The notes: generated from the sequence alone by a model not told the origin. Shown: positions 36,154 through 46,591, counted from the stretch's first letter. The stretch: 64,000 nt of DNA from Burkholderiaceae bacterium (GCA_021463505.1 JAJTYR010000015.1:2968-66967); one strand, 5' to 3'. Numbers and translations are program-made.

Positions 36154-36969
36154 TCAGGCTTCGCCGAACTCGTCGCCCATCTCCATGCCGCGCCGATACG
36201 CCGCTTCGATGGCCCGGCCAACCAGTCCGCGCAGATCGCCTCCCTCCATCACGGCGAGCGCAGCGGCGGTGGTGCCCCCGCGCGAGGTCACGCGCTCGCG
36301 CAGCGTGGCAGGGCCTTCATCGGAGCGCAGCGCCAGCTGTGCGGCTCCAGCGAAGGTGTGCAGGACCAGGTTGCGCGCCTGGCGCGCATCCAGGCCCATT
36401 GCCAGTGCCGCGTCCTGCATTGCTTCCATGAACAGGAAAGCATACGCCGGTCCGCTGCCGCTGATCGCGGTGACCGCGTCGAGCAGTGGCTCGGCGTCGA
36501 CCCACACCGTCGGGCCGACCGCGCCGAGCATCCGGTCGGCTGTCTCGCGGTCGGCCGGGCGGGTGCCGGGCAGCGCGGCCAGGCCGGTCACACCCATGCC
36601 GATCAGTGCCGGCGTGTTCGGCATCGCCCGCACGATGCGCTGGTGACCGCCCAGCCAGCGCGACAGATCACTCATACGGATGCCGGCAGCCACGCTGACC
36701 ACCAGCGCGTCACGCAGCAGCGGTTGCAGCGCTGCGACGGCTTCGCGCATCTGCTGAGGCTTGACCGCGAGTACCACCAGGTCGACATCGGCCAGGGCCT
36801 GGGCGCTGGCGCGCTCGAAGGCGGCAACGCCGAAACGCGCATGCAGCGCCTCGCGCTGCGCCGCGACGGGTTCGACCACGCGGATCGAAGCGGGTGCCGC
36901 GCCGCGTGCGAGCAGCCCTCCGATGAGTGCGGCAGCCATGTTGCCGCCGCCGATGAATGTGATCTGCAT
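36154..36969 (-). CDS. proC: Pyrroline-5-carboxylate reductase
   Basis: 271 aa. ITFIGGGNMAAALIGGL and SGSGPAYAFLFMEAM...VTSRGGTT are present. Confidence 0.93.
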   Translation of the reverse strand: MQITFIGGGNMAAALIGGLLARGAAPASIRVVEPVAAQREALHARFGVAAFERASAQALADVDLVVLAVKPQQMREAVAALQPLLRDALVVSVAAGIRMSDLSRWLGGHQRIVRAMPNTPALIGMGVTGLAALPGTRPADRETADRMLGAVGPTVWVDAEPLLDAVTAISGSGPAYAFLFMEAMQDAALAMGLDARQARNLVLHTFAGAAQLALRSDEGPATLRERVTSRGGTTAAALAVMEGGDLRGLVGRAIEAAYRRGMEMGDEFGEA

Positions 36970-37039
36970 GCCGCACTCCGTCGGAAGACTGCAAGGATCG
37001 GGATCGATGGTGGCCGCGCGCAGGCTGCCGGTCAGCCGT

Positions 37040-38638
37040 TCACGAACCCTGTCCGCTTCGGCGCCCGCGCATCACGAACTGCATCGGCCGCACGCCCAGG
37101 GCGAGCAACGCGGCCAGATAGACGAGCACTCCGCCGCCGACCAGTCCCAGCGCCAGTCCGATGCGTTCGAGCGGCGCTGCGCGCAGCGCGATCCAGTCGA
37201 ATTGCGGCACCGCGATGGCCAGGGTGGCGGCCAGCAGCGCAGTTGCGACGAGCGTCTGGGCGAGGAATTTCGCCCAGCCCGGGCTCGGTCGCCAGACGCG
37301 TCGACGGCACAGACCCCTGAGCAGCAAGCCGGCGTTCGCGAGTGCGCCCAACGAGATCGACACCGCCAGTCCGGCGTGCGCCAGCCAGGGCACGGTGAGC
37401 AGGTTCAGCAACTGCGTCACCACCAGCACGACGAGTGCGATCTTCACCGGCGTGCGCACGTCCTGCTGGGCATAGAAGCCGGGCGCGAGCACCTTGACCG
37501 CAATCAGTCCGACCAGCCCGAAGGCGTAGCCGCTGACCGCGCGCCGGGTCATCTCGACGTCGTGCGCGTCGAAGCGTCCATAGTGAAACAGCAGCGCGGT
37601 CAGCGGCTCGGCCATCAGCGCCAGGCCCACCATGCATGGCAGGGCCAGCAGGACGCACAGGCGCAGGCCCCAGTCGAGCAGTTCGCTGTATGCGTGGTCG
37701 TCGCCGCGACCGCGTGCGTTCGCCAGCGTCGGCAACAGGACGGTGCCCAGCGCCACGCCGAGCAGCGCGGTCGGGAATTCCATCAGCCGATCGCCGTAGG
37801 AGATCCACGAGACGCTGCCCGGGGCGAGGCGCGACGCGATGTGGGTGTTGATCAGCAGGCTGACCTGTGCCACCGATACCGCCAGCGCCGCAGGCGCCAT
37901 CAGTTGCAGGATGCGGCGCGTGTGCGGGTCGGTCAGCGCCTGGCGCAGGTTCGACCCGATGCGCGGCAGCATGCCGATGCGCCGCAGCGCCGGAATCTGG
38001 ATCGCGAGCTGGGCAATGCCGCCGAGCACGACGCCTGCGGCCAGCGCATAGACCGGCGGATCGAAGCGCCCCGCCAGGCCCAGTGCCGCACCGATAAAGC
38101 ACAGGTTCAGCATGACTGGCGTAAATGCGGGCACCGCGAAGCGCTGCCAGGTGTTGAGGATCCCGGCCGACAGCGCAATCAGCGAAGCAAACAGGATGTA
38201 GGGGAACATCCAGCGGGTCATGACCACCGCCGCATCGAACACGCCCGGTTGCCCGCGAAGCCCGGACGCGATCGCCCAGACCAGTGCGGGCGCGGCCGCT
38301 GCGCCCAGCAGCGACACGGCCACCAGCGCCCAGAAGAGCGCGGTCGCCACTCGGTCGACCAGCGCTTTCGTTTCGCCCAGCGCGGTCTGCGGGTCGGCGC
38401 CGTCGCGCGCTTCGGCCTGTGTGCGCGATGCAGCCAGGATCGGCACGAAGGCCTGGGAGAAGGCCCCTTCGGCGAACAGGCGTCGCAGCAGATTGGGCAG
38501 ACGGAACGCCACGAAGAAGGCATCGGTGAAAGCCGATGCGCCGAAGATCGCGGCGGTGAGATTCTCGCGCGCGAGGCCGGTGATCCGCGACAGCAGGGTG
38601 AGGCTGCTGACGGTGGCCGCGGCCCGCAGCAGGCTCAT
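37040..38638 (-). CDS. murJ: Lipid II flippase MurJ (MviN)
   Basis: 532 aa, polytopic. The N-terminus is SLLRAAATVSSLTLLSRITGLARENLTAAIFGASAFTDAFFVAFRLPNLLRRLFAEGAFSQAFVP. Confidence 0.93.
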   Translation of the reverse strand: MSLLRAAATVSSLTLLSRITGLARENLTAAIFGASAFTDAFFVAFRLPNLLRRLFAEGAFSQAFVPILAASRTQAEARDGADPQTALGETKALVDRVATALFWALVAVSLLGAAAAPALVWAIASGLRGQPGVFDAAVVMTRWMFPYILFASLIALSAGILNTWQRFAVPAFTPVMLNLCFIGAALGLAGRFDPPVYALAAGVVLGGIAQLAIQIPALRRIGMLPRIGSNLRQALTDPHTRRILQLMAPAALAVSVAQVSLLINTHIASRLAPGSVSWISYGDRLMEFPTALLGVALGTVLLPTLANARGRGDDHAYSELLDWGLRLCVLLALPCMVGLALMAEPLTALLFHYGRFDAHDVEMTRRAVSGYAFGLVGLIAVKVLAPGFYAQQDVRTPVKIALVVLVVTQLLNLLTVPWLAHAGLAVSISLGALANAGLLLRGLCRRRVWRPSPGWAKFLAQTLVATALLAATLAIAVPQFDWIALRAAPLERIGLALGLVGGGVLVYLAALLALGVRPMQFVMRGRRSGQGS

Positions 38639-38675
38639 GCGCGGCTGCGGCGCTGGCGGCAGCCGTCGTGCAGGT

Positions 38676-38705
38676 TTGCGGGCTTGATGCGAAATCGGTT
38701 ATTAT
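38676..38705 (+). promoter_or_regulatory. Candidate rpsT promoter (TTGCGG-17/18 nt-TTATTA/TATTAT)
   Basis: This is the only AT-rich patch in the murJ/rpsT divergent region. Supported by motif match only. Confidence 0.3.
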
Positions 38706-38801
38706 TCAAGGCTTTCCGGGACGCTTTCCGAGGCCGCGGCGGTGCCCGACCCACAGGCGGGAAACCACGGTACCGGAGTTCGAACTGAGCGAGATTCTCT
38801 C

Positions 38802-39065
38802 ATGGCCAACATTGCCTCTGCCCGCAAGCGTGCCCGCCAGGCGGTCACGCGCAACCTGCACAATTCGAGCCTGCGCTCGCGTCTGCGCACCGCGATCAAG
38901 TCGGTCCGCAAGGCCGTCCTGGCTGGCGACAAGGAAGCGGCGGCGAACACGCTGCGGTCCGCGCAAAGCGTGATCGACCGTATCGCCGACAAGAAGATCG
39001 TTCACAAGAATGCGGCGTCGCGCTACAAGAGTCGTCTCGCCGCTGCCGTCAAGTCGATGACCTGA
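38802..39065 (+). CDS. rpsT: 30S ribosomal protein S20
   Basis: The internal ATG gives [38 protein letters not shown]. Confidence 0.95.
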   Translation: MANIASARKRARQAVTRNLHNSSLRSRLRTAIKSVRKAVLAGDKEAAANTLRSAQSVIDRIADKKIVHKNAASRYKSRLAAAVKSMT

Positions 39066-39897
39066 GCGCTGAGCTGAGCGACGCATCGGGCGGCGGGCCG
39101 GGTTCCGGTTCCGGCGCCGGACGGGCGCCGAACAGCGCGCTGCCCACCCGAACGATCGTCGCACCCTCCATCACCGCGGATTCCAGGTCCGCCGACATCC
39201 CCATCGAGAGCGTATCGAAATCGCGCGCCGCGCCAGCGCCGGCGAGTGCGGCGCGCACGCGTGCGTGAAGTTCGCGCAGCGTGGCGTAGCGGGCGCGTTG
39301 CAGGGCCGTGTCTTCGGTCGGTTCGGGAATCGCCATCAGTCCGCGCAATCTCAGCCGCGGCAGCGACGCCACCGCCAGTGCCAGCGCAACGACCTCGCCG
39401 GGCGTCACGCCGCTCTTGCTCGCCTCGCCCGACACGTTGACCTGAACGCACAGGTTCAGCGCAGCCCGTTGCGCGGGGCGCTGTTCGGACAGGCGCCGCG
39501 CGATCTTTTCCCGGTCCACCGAGTGGACCCAGTCGAAGTGCACGGCGATCGGACGGGTCTTGTTTGACTGGATCGGGCCGATGAAATGCCACTCGAGCGG
39601 CCCCTCGAACGATGGCCCGGGCGCCGCCCGCACGCTGGCGGGCGGCGCCCCCGTGTCGGCGACGCGCGACCGCTCGTCGCTGCACGCGGCAATCTTGTCC
39701 AGCGCCTCTTGCAGGTAGTTTTCCCCGAACGCACGCTGGCCCAGGGTCGCCAGCGCCCGCACGCTGCCGGCGGGGAACGCCTTGCTGACGGCGAGCAGGC
39801 GCACCGAGCCGACGGGCCGGCCGGCCGCTTCGCAGGCGCTGCGGATCCGCTCGAGGACCTGCTCGTAGCTTTGGCGCAACGCGTGGTTGCCGTTCAT
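39049..39897 (-). CDS. yggS: YggS-family pyridoxal-phosphate homeostasis protein, with an internal insertion and a Pro-rich C-terminal tail
   Basis: It starts [32 protein letters not shown] (PLP lysine), [22 protein letters not shown] and [13 protein letters not shown] are present. Its 3' end overlaps the rpsT 3' end by 17 nt, in convergent orientation. Confidence 0.85.
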   Translation of the reverse strand: MNGNHALRQSYEQVLERIRSACEAAGRPVGSVRLLAVSKAFPAGSVRALATLGQRAFGENYLQEALDKIAACSDERSRVADTGAPPASVRAAPGPSFEGPLEWHFIGPIQSNKTRPIAVHFDWVHSVDREKIARRLSEQRPAQRAALNLCVQVNVSGEASKSGVTPGEVVALALAVASLPRLRLRGLMAIPEPTEDTALQRARYATLRELHARVRAALAGAGAARDFDTLSMGMSADLESAVMEGATIVRVGSALFGARPAPEPEPGPPPDASLSSALRSST

Positions 39898-40014
39898 CGC
39901 GGAAATCGCCGTTTCGCCCCGGCGGGGCTGCCGGGGAACCCGTCGGTTCAGAAGATAGCAGGAATGAATGACGGCGCCGCCTTTGCGGCGTCGCAGCCGA
40001 TGGAGGAATGCGCG

Positions 40015-41058
40015 ATGGACATTGCCGGACTGCTGGCGTTCGCGGTCAAGAACAAGGCTTCGGACCTGCACCTGTCAGCGGGGTTGCCGCCGATGATCCG
40101 CGTGCACGGCGACGTGCGCCGGATCAACCTGCCGCCGATGGAACACAAGGACGTTCACGGCATGATCTACGACATCATGAACGACTCGCAGCGGAAGGAG
40201 TACGAGGAGAGCCTCGAGTGCGACTTCTCCTTCGCGATTCCCGGCCTGGCGCGCTTCCGCGTCAACGCGTTCGTGCAGCAACGCGGGGCCGGGGCGGTGA
40301 TGCGCACGATCCCGTCGAAGATCCTGACGCTCGAAGAATTGAACACGCCGAAGATCTTCTCCGAGATCGCGATGACGCCGCGCGGCCTCGTGCTGGTCAC
40401 CGGCCCGACGGGTTCGGGGAAGTCGACCACGCTCGCGGCGATGATCAACCACGTCAACGAGAACCTCTACGGGCACATCCTCACGGTCGAGGATCCGATC
40501 GAGTTCGTCCACGAGTCGAAGCGCTGCCTGATCAACCAGCGCGAAGTCGGGCCGATGACGCTGTCGTTCAACAACGCGCTGCGCTCGGCGCTGCGCGAAG
40601 ACCCCGACATCATCCTGGTGGGGGAGTTGCGCGACCTCGAGACGATCCGCCTGGCACTCACCGCTGCCGAGACCGGCCACCTGGTGTTCGGCACGCTGCA
40701 CACTTCGTCGGCCGCCAAGACGATCGACCGCGTCATCGACGTGTTTCCGGCCGCCGAGAAGGACATGGTGCGCGCGATGCTCTCGGAGTCGCTGCGCGCG
40801 GTGATCTCGCAGACGCTGCTCAAGACGAAGGACGGCAACGGCCGCATCGCGGCCCACGAGATCATGATCGGCACCCCCGCCATCCGCAACCTGATCCGTG
40901 AGGCGAAAGTGGCCCAGATGAACTCGGCGATCCAGACTGGCGGGTCGATGGGCATGCAGACGCTGGACCAGTGCCTGACGGACCTGGTACGCAAGAACCA
41001 CGTGTCGATGTCCGAAGCCCGCGCAGTCGCCGCGGTGAAGGAGAACTTCCCGGGCTGA
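40015..41058 (+). CDS. pilT: Type IV pilus retraction ATPase PilT
   Basis: It starts MDIAGLLAFAVKNKASDLHLSAGLPPMIRVHGD. Walker A is GPTGSGKSTT. AIRNLIREAK and the GMQTLDQ motif are present. Confidence 0.93.
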   Translation: MDIAGLLAFAVKNKASDLHLSAGLPPMIRVHGDVRRINLPPMEHKDVHGMIYDIMNDSQRKEYEESLECDFSFAIPGLARFRVNAFVQQRGAGAVMRTIPSKILTLEELNTPKIFSEIAMTPRGLVLVTGPTGSGKSTTLAAMINHVNENLYGHILTVEDPIEFVHESKRCLINQREVGPMTLSFNNALRSALREDPDIILVGELRDLETIRLALTAAETGHLVFGTLHTSSAAKTIDRVIDVFPAAEKDMVRAMLSESLRAVISQTLLKTKDGNGRIAAHEIMIGTPAIRNLIREAKVAQMNSAIQTGGSMGMQTLDQCLTDLVRKNHVSMSEARAVAAVKENFPG

Positions 41059-41114
41059 CATGTCAGCCGGGGACACCCCGACAACCTGGCCGATCACACC
41101 CACCGGACTGCGCC

Positions 41115-42248
41115 ATGGAACGCGAACAGGCTTCCAAGTTCCTGCACGACCTGCTGCGCCTGATGATCGCGCGCAACGGATCGGACCTCTTCCTGACGGC
41201 AGAGTTCCCGCCGGCGTTCAAGATCGACGGCAAGCTCCAGCCGGTGTCGACCGCGCCGCTGACGCCACAGCACACGGTGGAACTTGCGCGTGCGCTGATG
41301 AACGACAGGCAGGCCGCCGAGTTCGAAGCGCACAAGGAAGTGAATTTCGCGATCAGCCCGGCCGGCGTCGGCAGGTTCCGCGTGAACGCGTTCATGCAGC
41401 AGAACCGGGTCGGCATCGTGCTGCGGACGATCAACACCGAGATCCCCACCTTCGAGCAGTTGCAGCTGCCGCCGGTGCTGCGTGAACTGGCACTGACCAA
41501 GCGCGGCATGATCATCGTCGTCGGTGCCACCGGATCGGGCAAATCGAACACGCTGGCGGCCGTGGTCGGTCACCGCAACGAGATGTCGCACGGTCACATC
41601 GTGACCATCGAGGATCCGGTGGAGTTCGTGCATCCGCATCGCAACTGCATCGTCACGCACCGCGAAGTCGGCGTGGACACCGAAGGCTGGGAAGTGGCGC
41701 TGAAGAACACGCTGCGCCAGGCGCCCGACGTTATCATGATCGGCGAGATCCGTGACCGCGAGACGATGGAGCACGCGGTTGCGTTCGCCGAGACGGGTCA
41801 CCTGTGCCTGGCCACGCTGCACTCGAACAGCGCCAACCAGGCGCTCGACCGGATCATCAACTTCTTCCCCGAGGAGCGACGCGCGCAGCTGCTGATGGAC
41901 CTGTCGCTGAACCTGAAGGCGATCGTCTCGCAGCGACTGATTCCGATGGCCGCCGGCAAGGGGAGGGTCCCTGCGGTGGAGATCCTGCTGAACTCGCCGC
42001 TGATCGCCGACCTGATCTTCAAGGGCGAGGTTGGCGCGATCAAGGAGGTGATGAAGAAGAGCCGCGAGCTCGGCATGCAGACGTTCGACCAGGCGCTGTT
42101 CGACCTCTTCGAGGACGGGCGGATCAGCTACGAGGACGCGCTGCGCAATGCGGACTCGGTCAACGATCTGCGGCTGAACATCAAGCTGAACAGCAAGCGC
42201 TCGGAGCGCGACCTCACCCGCGGTCTCGAGCACCTGGACATCGTCTGA
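41115..42248 (+). CDS. pilU: PilT-paralog ATPase PilU
   Basis: It starts MEREQASKFLHDLLRLMIARNGSDLFLTAEFPPAFKIDGK. Walker A is GATGSGKSNT. It lies immediately downstream of pilT. Confidence 0.88.
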   Translation: MEREQASKFLHDLLRLMIARNGSDLFLTAEFPPAFKIDGKLQPVSTAPLTPQHTVELARALMNDRQAAEFEAHKEVNFAISPAGVGRFRVNAFMQQNRVGIVLRTINTEIPTFEQLQLPPVLRELALTKRGMIIVVGATGSGKSNTLAAVVGHRNEMSHGHIVTIEDPVEFVHPHRNCIVTHREVGVDTEGWEVALKNTLRQAPDVIMIGEIRDRETMEHAVAFAETGHLCLATLHSNSANQALDRIINFFPEERRAQLLMDLSLNLKAIVSQRLIPMAAGKGRVPAVEILLNSPLIADLIFKGEVGAIKEVMKKSRELGMQTFDQALFDLFEDGRISYEDALRNADSVNDLRLNIKLNSKRSERDLTRGLEHLDIV

Positions 42249-42288
42249 GTCACCGCGGGTACGGCGGTGCCCGGCCCGGCTCGCCGGG

Positions 42289-42510
42289 TCAGTCCTTGTG
42301 CCGGAAGCTGATCCGGCCCTTGGTGAGGTCGTACGGCGAGAGCTCCATTGTGACCCGGTCCCCGGGCAGCACGCGGATGCGGTGCTTCTTCATCTTGCCG
42401 GACGCGTAGGCGGAGACTTCCACGCCGTTGCTGAGCGTGACGCGAAATCGCGTATCGGGCAGCACCTCGGCGACGACGCCTTCCATCTGGATGAGTTCTT
42501 CCTTTGCCAT
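42289..42510 (-). CDS. infA: Translation initiation factor IF-1
   Basis: The 73-aa product is [73 protein letters not shown]. An AGGAGG RBS lies upstream. Confidence 0.96.
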   Translation of the reverse strand: MAKEELIQMEGVVAEVLPDTRFRVTLSNGVEVSAYASGKMKKHRIRVLPGDRVTMELSPYDLTKGRISFRHKD

Positions 42511-42736
42511 GCTGGCCTCCTGGTTCGCGCGGACACACGGTACCCGCGCCGTGCCGCTCGAGCGGCAGCGAACCGACGTTTTCGCAGGGGTTGCGCTGCC
42601 GCCGCGTTGGCGATCAGCGATGCGGAGGGAATGTTGCCGAAGCCCTGCGATTATACTCGCTATCCGACGTGCCGGGCCCGCGGCGGGCGGACCCGCCACG
42701 TCGGTCTTCTCCGACTCATCGTTGCAGAACCGCGGC

Positions 42737-43876
42737 ATGCCTGCTTTCCGCTTCGTCGGCCGCCCAGTTCCCTGCCTGGCGGCGCTGGCCGTTACCTGCG
42801 CGCTGGCGGCACCACCGACAGCGCGGGCCGACTCCATCACGCTGCACAACGGGGATCGTCTCACCGGGCGCGTGCTGCACATGTCGCCATCGACGCTCGT
42901 CTTCGAGACCACCTGGGCCGGCGAACTGCGCATTCCACGCTACGAGATCCGGGCGATCGAAACCGACAAACCGGTGCGCGTGTTGCGCGAGCGCTCGAAG
43001 CACACCGAGTCGATGACGCTCGGGCCTGCGGCACCCGGGCAGGTCGCGCTCACACCCGAGGCGTCTTCCCCGAGCGGCGGCGTCGATGGTGCCGGGTGGG
43101 TGCAGCCGGACGTGCCCGTGCCGACCGGTCCGGAATTGCTTGCCGCGCAGCCGCAGCCCGCCATCACGATCCCGCTGGCGCGGGTGCGTTACCTCGAACC
43201 CCGGCCCGAGGAGAGCGGCGAGGGCGCGTCCTACGAGGGACGGGTCACGCTTGCGGGCACGCTCGTACGCGGCAACAGCACTGGCGACAGGGCGTATGCC
43301 GAGGGTGATTTCGAGGCGCGCGCGCGCGACTGGCGCTACGCATCGACGGCGAAACTGAACCGTGAGCGCGGCGACGCGGCCACGACCGCGTCGAACTGGC
43401 TGGTGGGCGGGAATCTCGACCGGTTTCTCGACGACCGACGCTTCGGCTACCTGCGCGGCTCGGTCGAGCGCGACCGTTTCCGTGACATCTCCGTTCGCGC
43501 CACCGCCGGTGCCGGGCTCGGCGTGCAACTCGTCCAGACCGGACGCACGAAGCTGTCGCTGCGCGGCGGACTCGACGCGATCGAGATCCATCGCATTGCC
43601 GGTTCCGACGAATCCTGGCCGGCATTGGGCTGGGGCGCGAACCTCGGCTATCGGCTCGACGCGTGGCCTGGCGAGCTGTTCCACGATCAGCAGGGTTTTC
43701 TGAACCTCGGCGACCCGTCGCAGGTCACGCTGCGCAGTCGCACCGGCCTGCGCGTGCCGTTCGCTTCGGGGTTGACCGCTTCGCTGCAGTTCAATTTCGA
43801 CTGGGACAGCCAGCCCTCGCCCGGACGGCGCAGTGGCGACGCGACCTGGCTGGTCGGGCTCGGCTATGCCTGGTGA
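42737..43876 (+). CDS. DUF481-domain outer-membrane beta-barrel protein (YdiY-like)
   Basis: A signal peptide [31 protein letters not shown] is followed by the N-terminal [13 protein letters not shown] motif. The C-terminal alternating beta-strand pattern ends in GLGYAW. Confidence 0.7.
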   Translation: MPAFRFVGRPVPCLAALAVTCALAAPPTARADSITLHNGDRLTGRVLHMSPSTLVFETTWAGELRIPRYEIRAIETDKPVRVLRERSKHTESMTLGPAAPGQVALTPEASSPSGGVDGAGWVQPDVPVPTGPELLAAQPQPAITIPLARVRYLEPRPEESGEGASYEGRVTLAGTLVRGNSTGDRAYAEGDFEARARDWRYASTAKLNRERGDAATTASNWLVGGNLDRFLDDRRFGYLRGSVERDRFRDISVRATAGAGLGVQLVQTGRTKLSLRGGLDAIEIHRIAGSDESWPALGWGANLGYRLDAWPGELFHDQQGFLNLGDPSQVTLRSRTGLRVPFASGLTASLQFNFDWDSQPSPGRRSGDATWLVGLGYAW

Positions 43877-44756
43877 GGATCGATCGGTGCGAACGCGCGC
43901 GGTGCCTGCGGCATGCGTTGTCGCGTCGCTGCTGGTGGCGGCGTGCGCGCAGGCGCCGTCGCTGTCGCGTGCAGGTGGCGAAGCTGCGGCCGTGCCGGTG
44001 CGCGACGAGGCGCGCGCAGTCCGCGATGCCGCCGCGGCCGAGACAGCGGCCGCACCGAGCATCGACGAGGCGGCGGCGCGCGTCGTCTACGCCGGAGCGA
44101 GAACCTATTCGGGGGCGCTGCAGTGCGCCGGCTGCCCGGCGCGGCGGCTCACGCTGACCATCTTCTCCGATGGCACGTTTCGCATGCGCGAGGCGGACGC
44201 GGAAGGTGCCGGGATGCGCGTCGCCTACGACATCGGGCGCTGGAACACGGAAGCCGATGCGCCCGACACGCTCGTGCTGCGCGGCAACACCGAGGGTGCG
44301 CGACGGCTGCGCCGCGTGACTCCGGATGGACTGGAGATCGTCGACAACGAAGGACGCGGGATTCGCGGTCTGCGCAATGCGACGCTGGTGCGTGCGCCGC
44401 AGGTCGATCCGCTGGCGGGGCCGCTGCGGCTGGCCGGCAGCTATCTGCGCGAGGACGGCCTTGCGGTGTTCGGCGATTGCCTGACCGGGCGGCGCCTGCC
44501 GGTGGTTGAGGCAGCGCCCGCCAGCGGCGCGCCGCAGGCCGTGCGCCGGCTTGCGGCTGCACGCGCGGCGCTCGACGACGCACAACGGGCGATCAGCGAG
44601 AATCCCGGTAACCCGGTACTCGCCGTGGTGCGTGGCTACCTGGTGCCGCAAGCCGGACCACCGGGTGGTTCCGGCGGCGAAGCGCTGGTGATCGTGGCGT
44701 TCGAGCGCGCCATGCGTGCCGGGCGCTGCACGGATGTCGTGCGTCGCTTGCCGTGA
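43866..44756 (+). CDS. Lipoprotein with an NlpE/CutF N-terminal-like domain
   Basis: The lipobox is LLVAAC. The motif YSGALQCAGCPARRLTLTIFSDGTF resembles the NlpE_N signature (Y.G.LPCADC.GI...L.L). The start overlaps the DUF481 gene stop. Confidence 0.6.
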   Translation: MPGEDRSVRTRAVPAACVVASLLVAACAQAPSLSRAGGEAAAVPVRDEARAVRDAAAAETAAAPSIDEAAARVVYAGARTYSGALQCAGCPARRLTLTIFSDGTFRMREADAEGAGMRVAYDIGRWNTEADAPDTLVLRGNTEGARRLRRVTPDGLEIVDNEGRGIRGLRNATLVRAPQVDPLAGPLRLAGSYLREDGLAVFGDCLTGRRLPVVEAAPASGAPQAVRRLAAARAALDDAQRAISENPGNPVLAVVRGYLVPQAGPPGGSGGEALVIVAFERAMRAGRCTDVVRRLP

Positions 44757-44947
44757 GTGCCGATTGCCTGCACCGATTCCCGGGTGCCCTGTCGGTGACG
44801 ACTGGAGCGGTCGTCGGCGCGCTCGGCACGCATGGGCTGCAATCGGTGCTGGCCGCCACGGTGGTTGCGGCGGGCCGTGTGGCGTTCATCGCCGGCTGGC
44901 GGTGCCTCGGGCGGGTGCTGGCCTGCACGGCGCGTCATCTTCACTGA
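44753..44947 (+). pseudogene. Possible truncated DUF423 (YgdD-like) membrane protein remnant, start-coupled (GTGA) to the NlpE-like gene
   Basis: Residues ALSVTTGAVVGALGTHGLQSVL of this 64-aa ORF resemble the DUF423 N-terminal GAFGAHGL motif. The family is about 125 aa, and this ORF stops early and overlaps the convergent methyltransferase 3' end. Confidence 0.25.
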
Positions 44948-46163
44948 AGCCGTCGGCGCGGGCGAAGATCTCGAATCCGAACAATCGGCATTCGATCGCA
45001 CCGTTGTACAAAGGCGTGCGGCGGCGCTCCTTCATGCCGAGCTGTGCGGGCAGTTCGCGGCGGCTGCTGAGCAGCCATGCCTGCCAGCCGGTGAATCGGG
45101 CGCGCAGGTTCGCGCCGAACGCGCGCATCGCCTGATCGTGGCCGCTCGCGTCACGCGGCGCGCCAGGCGCGGAGGCCGCCGCGCGGCCCGCCTCGATGCG
45201 CTCGCCGTAGGGCGGGTTGGTCACGATGAAGCCGGGCGTGTCGAACGGTGGCCGTGCCTGCGCCGCGGCAAGCACGCGCGTCGTGATCGCCTGCGCCGGC
45301 AGGCCCGCGCGCTCGAAGTTGCGCCGCGCACGTTCGACCGCGCGCGGATCGATGTCGGACGCCGCGAGGCGCGGCATCGGTGCGTCGCGGCGCAGTGCGG
45401 CCTGCGCGCGGCGGGCCGCCTCGGCGCGCAGCGCCGCCCAGAGCGATGCATCGTGGTCCAGCAGTTTCTCGAGCGCAAAGGGGCGTTGCAGGCCGGGTGC
45501 AACGTCGAGCGCGCGTTGCGCGGCCTCGATCGCGATGGTTCCGGAGCCGCAGAAGGGGTCGTACAGCGGCACCTCGGGCGTCCAGCCCGACAACGCGAGC
45601 AGGCCGGCTGCGAGGTTCTCCTTCAGGGGCGCCGCGCCCTTGTCATCGCGGCCCGGGCGCCAGCCGCGCTTGAACAGCGCCTCGCCGCTCAGATCCAGGT
45701 AAAGCGTTGCCTGCCGGTCTTCGAGGTGCGCGAACACGCGTGCATCGGGCGCGCGGGTGTCGATCGACGGGCGCGCGCCGGTGCGGTTGCGCAAACGGTC
45801 GACGACGCCGTCCTTCACGCGCAGCGTCGCGTAGTTCAGGCTGCGCAGTGGCGCGCGCACCGCGCTCAGGTCGACGCGCAGCGAATGGCGCGCGTCGAAG
45901 AAGCGCTCCCATTCGACCCCGAGCGCGAGGCGGTAGAGATCGTCGTCGTCGCGATAACGCCGCTGCCCGACGCGGCGCAGCACGCGGCTGGCGAGCCGCG
46001 ACCACAGGTTCGCACGGTAGGCGAGTGCACGATCGCCGTCGAACAGCACGCCGCCGGCGAGTGCCCGGCACTCGCGCGCGCCGAAGCCGGTCAGTTCGGC
46101 GGCCAGCGCGTCTTCGAGCCCGCGCGGGCAGGCGGCGAACAACGCCCCGGCCTGTGGCACCAT
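44886..46163 (-). CDS. THUMP-domain class I SAM-dependent RNA methyltransferase (RlmL N-terminal-like)
   Basis: It starts MVPQAGALFAACPRGLEDALAAEL. LYDPFCGSGTIAIEAA and the catalytic TNPPYGERI motif are present. The ATG shares its A with the hemJ stop (TGATG). Confidence 0.82.
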   Translation of the reverse strand: MVPQAGALFAACPRGLEDALAAELTGFGARECRALAGGVLFDGDRALAYRANLWSRLASRVLRRVGQRRYRDDDDLYRLALGVEWERFFDARHSLRVDLSAVRAPLRSLNYATLRVKDGVVDRLRNRTGARPSIDTRAPDARVFAHLEDRQATLYLDLSGEALFKRGWRPGRDDKGAAPLKENLAAGLLALSGWTPEVPLYDPFCGSGTIAIEAAQRALDVAPGLQRPFALEKLLDHDASLWAALRAEAARRAQAALRRDAPMPRLAASDIDPRAVERARRNFERAGLPAQAITTRVLAAAQARPPFDTPGFIVTNPPYGERIEAGRAAASAPGAPRDASGHDQAMRAFGANLRARFTGWQAWLLSSRRELPAQLGMKERRRTPLYNGAIECRLFGFEIFARADGFSEDDAPCRPAPARGTASRR

Positions 46164-46591
46164 CAGAAGGGCTTGACCACGACCAGCACGACGATCACCA
46201 GCAGCGCGAGCACCGGCAGTTCGTTGAACCAGCGCATCCAGACGTGCGAGCGCCGCTGGGTGCCGCGCTCGAAGCCGCGCAGCAGACGCCCGCAGCCGTA
46301 GTGGTAGGCGAGCAGCAGCACCACTACCGCCAGCTTGGCGTGCATCCACCCGCCGCCGACGCCGTAGCCGAGCCACAGCCACAGTCCCGGCGCGATGGCG
46401 AGCCACATCAGCGGCTGCATGAAGCGCCACAGCTTGCGCGCCATCAGCAGCAGCCGCTCGCGCTCCGCGCCCGCCCCCTCCACCATCGCCAGGTTCACGA
46501 AGATCCGCGGCAGGTAGAACAGCCCCGCGAACCAACTGGTCACGAAGACGATGTGAAACGCCTTCACCCACAGATAACCCGTCGACATCAC
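46163..46591 (-). CDS. hemJ: Protoporphyrinogen oxidase HemJ (UPF0093/CopD-like membrane protein)
   Basis: 142 aa. The N-terminus is YLWVKAFHIVFVTSWFAGLFYLPRIFV, with four predicted TM segments. Confidence 0.8.
   Translation of the reverse strand: MMSTGYLWVKAFHIVFVTSWFAGLFYLPRIFVNLAMVEGAGAERERLLLMARKLWRFMQPLMWLAIAPGLWLWLGYGVGGGWMHAKLAVVVLLLAYHYGCGRLLRGFERGTQRRSHVWMRWFNELPVLALLVIVVLVVVKPF

Noticed and set aside
42249-42288. Possible bidirectional terminator between pilU and infA (CCCGGC...GCCGGG)
   Set aside because: The stem is only 6 bp, the loop geometry is awkward, and there is no T or A tract on either side.
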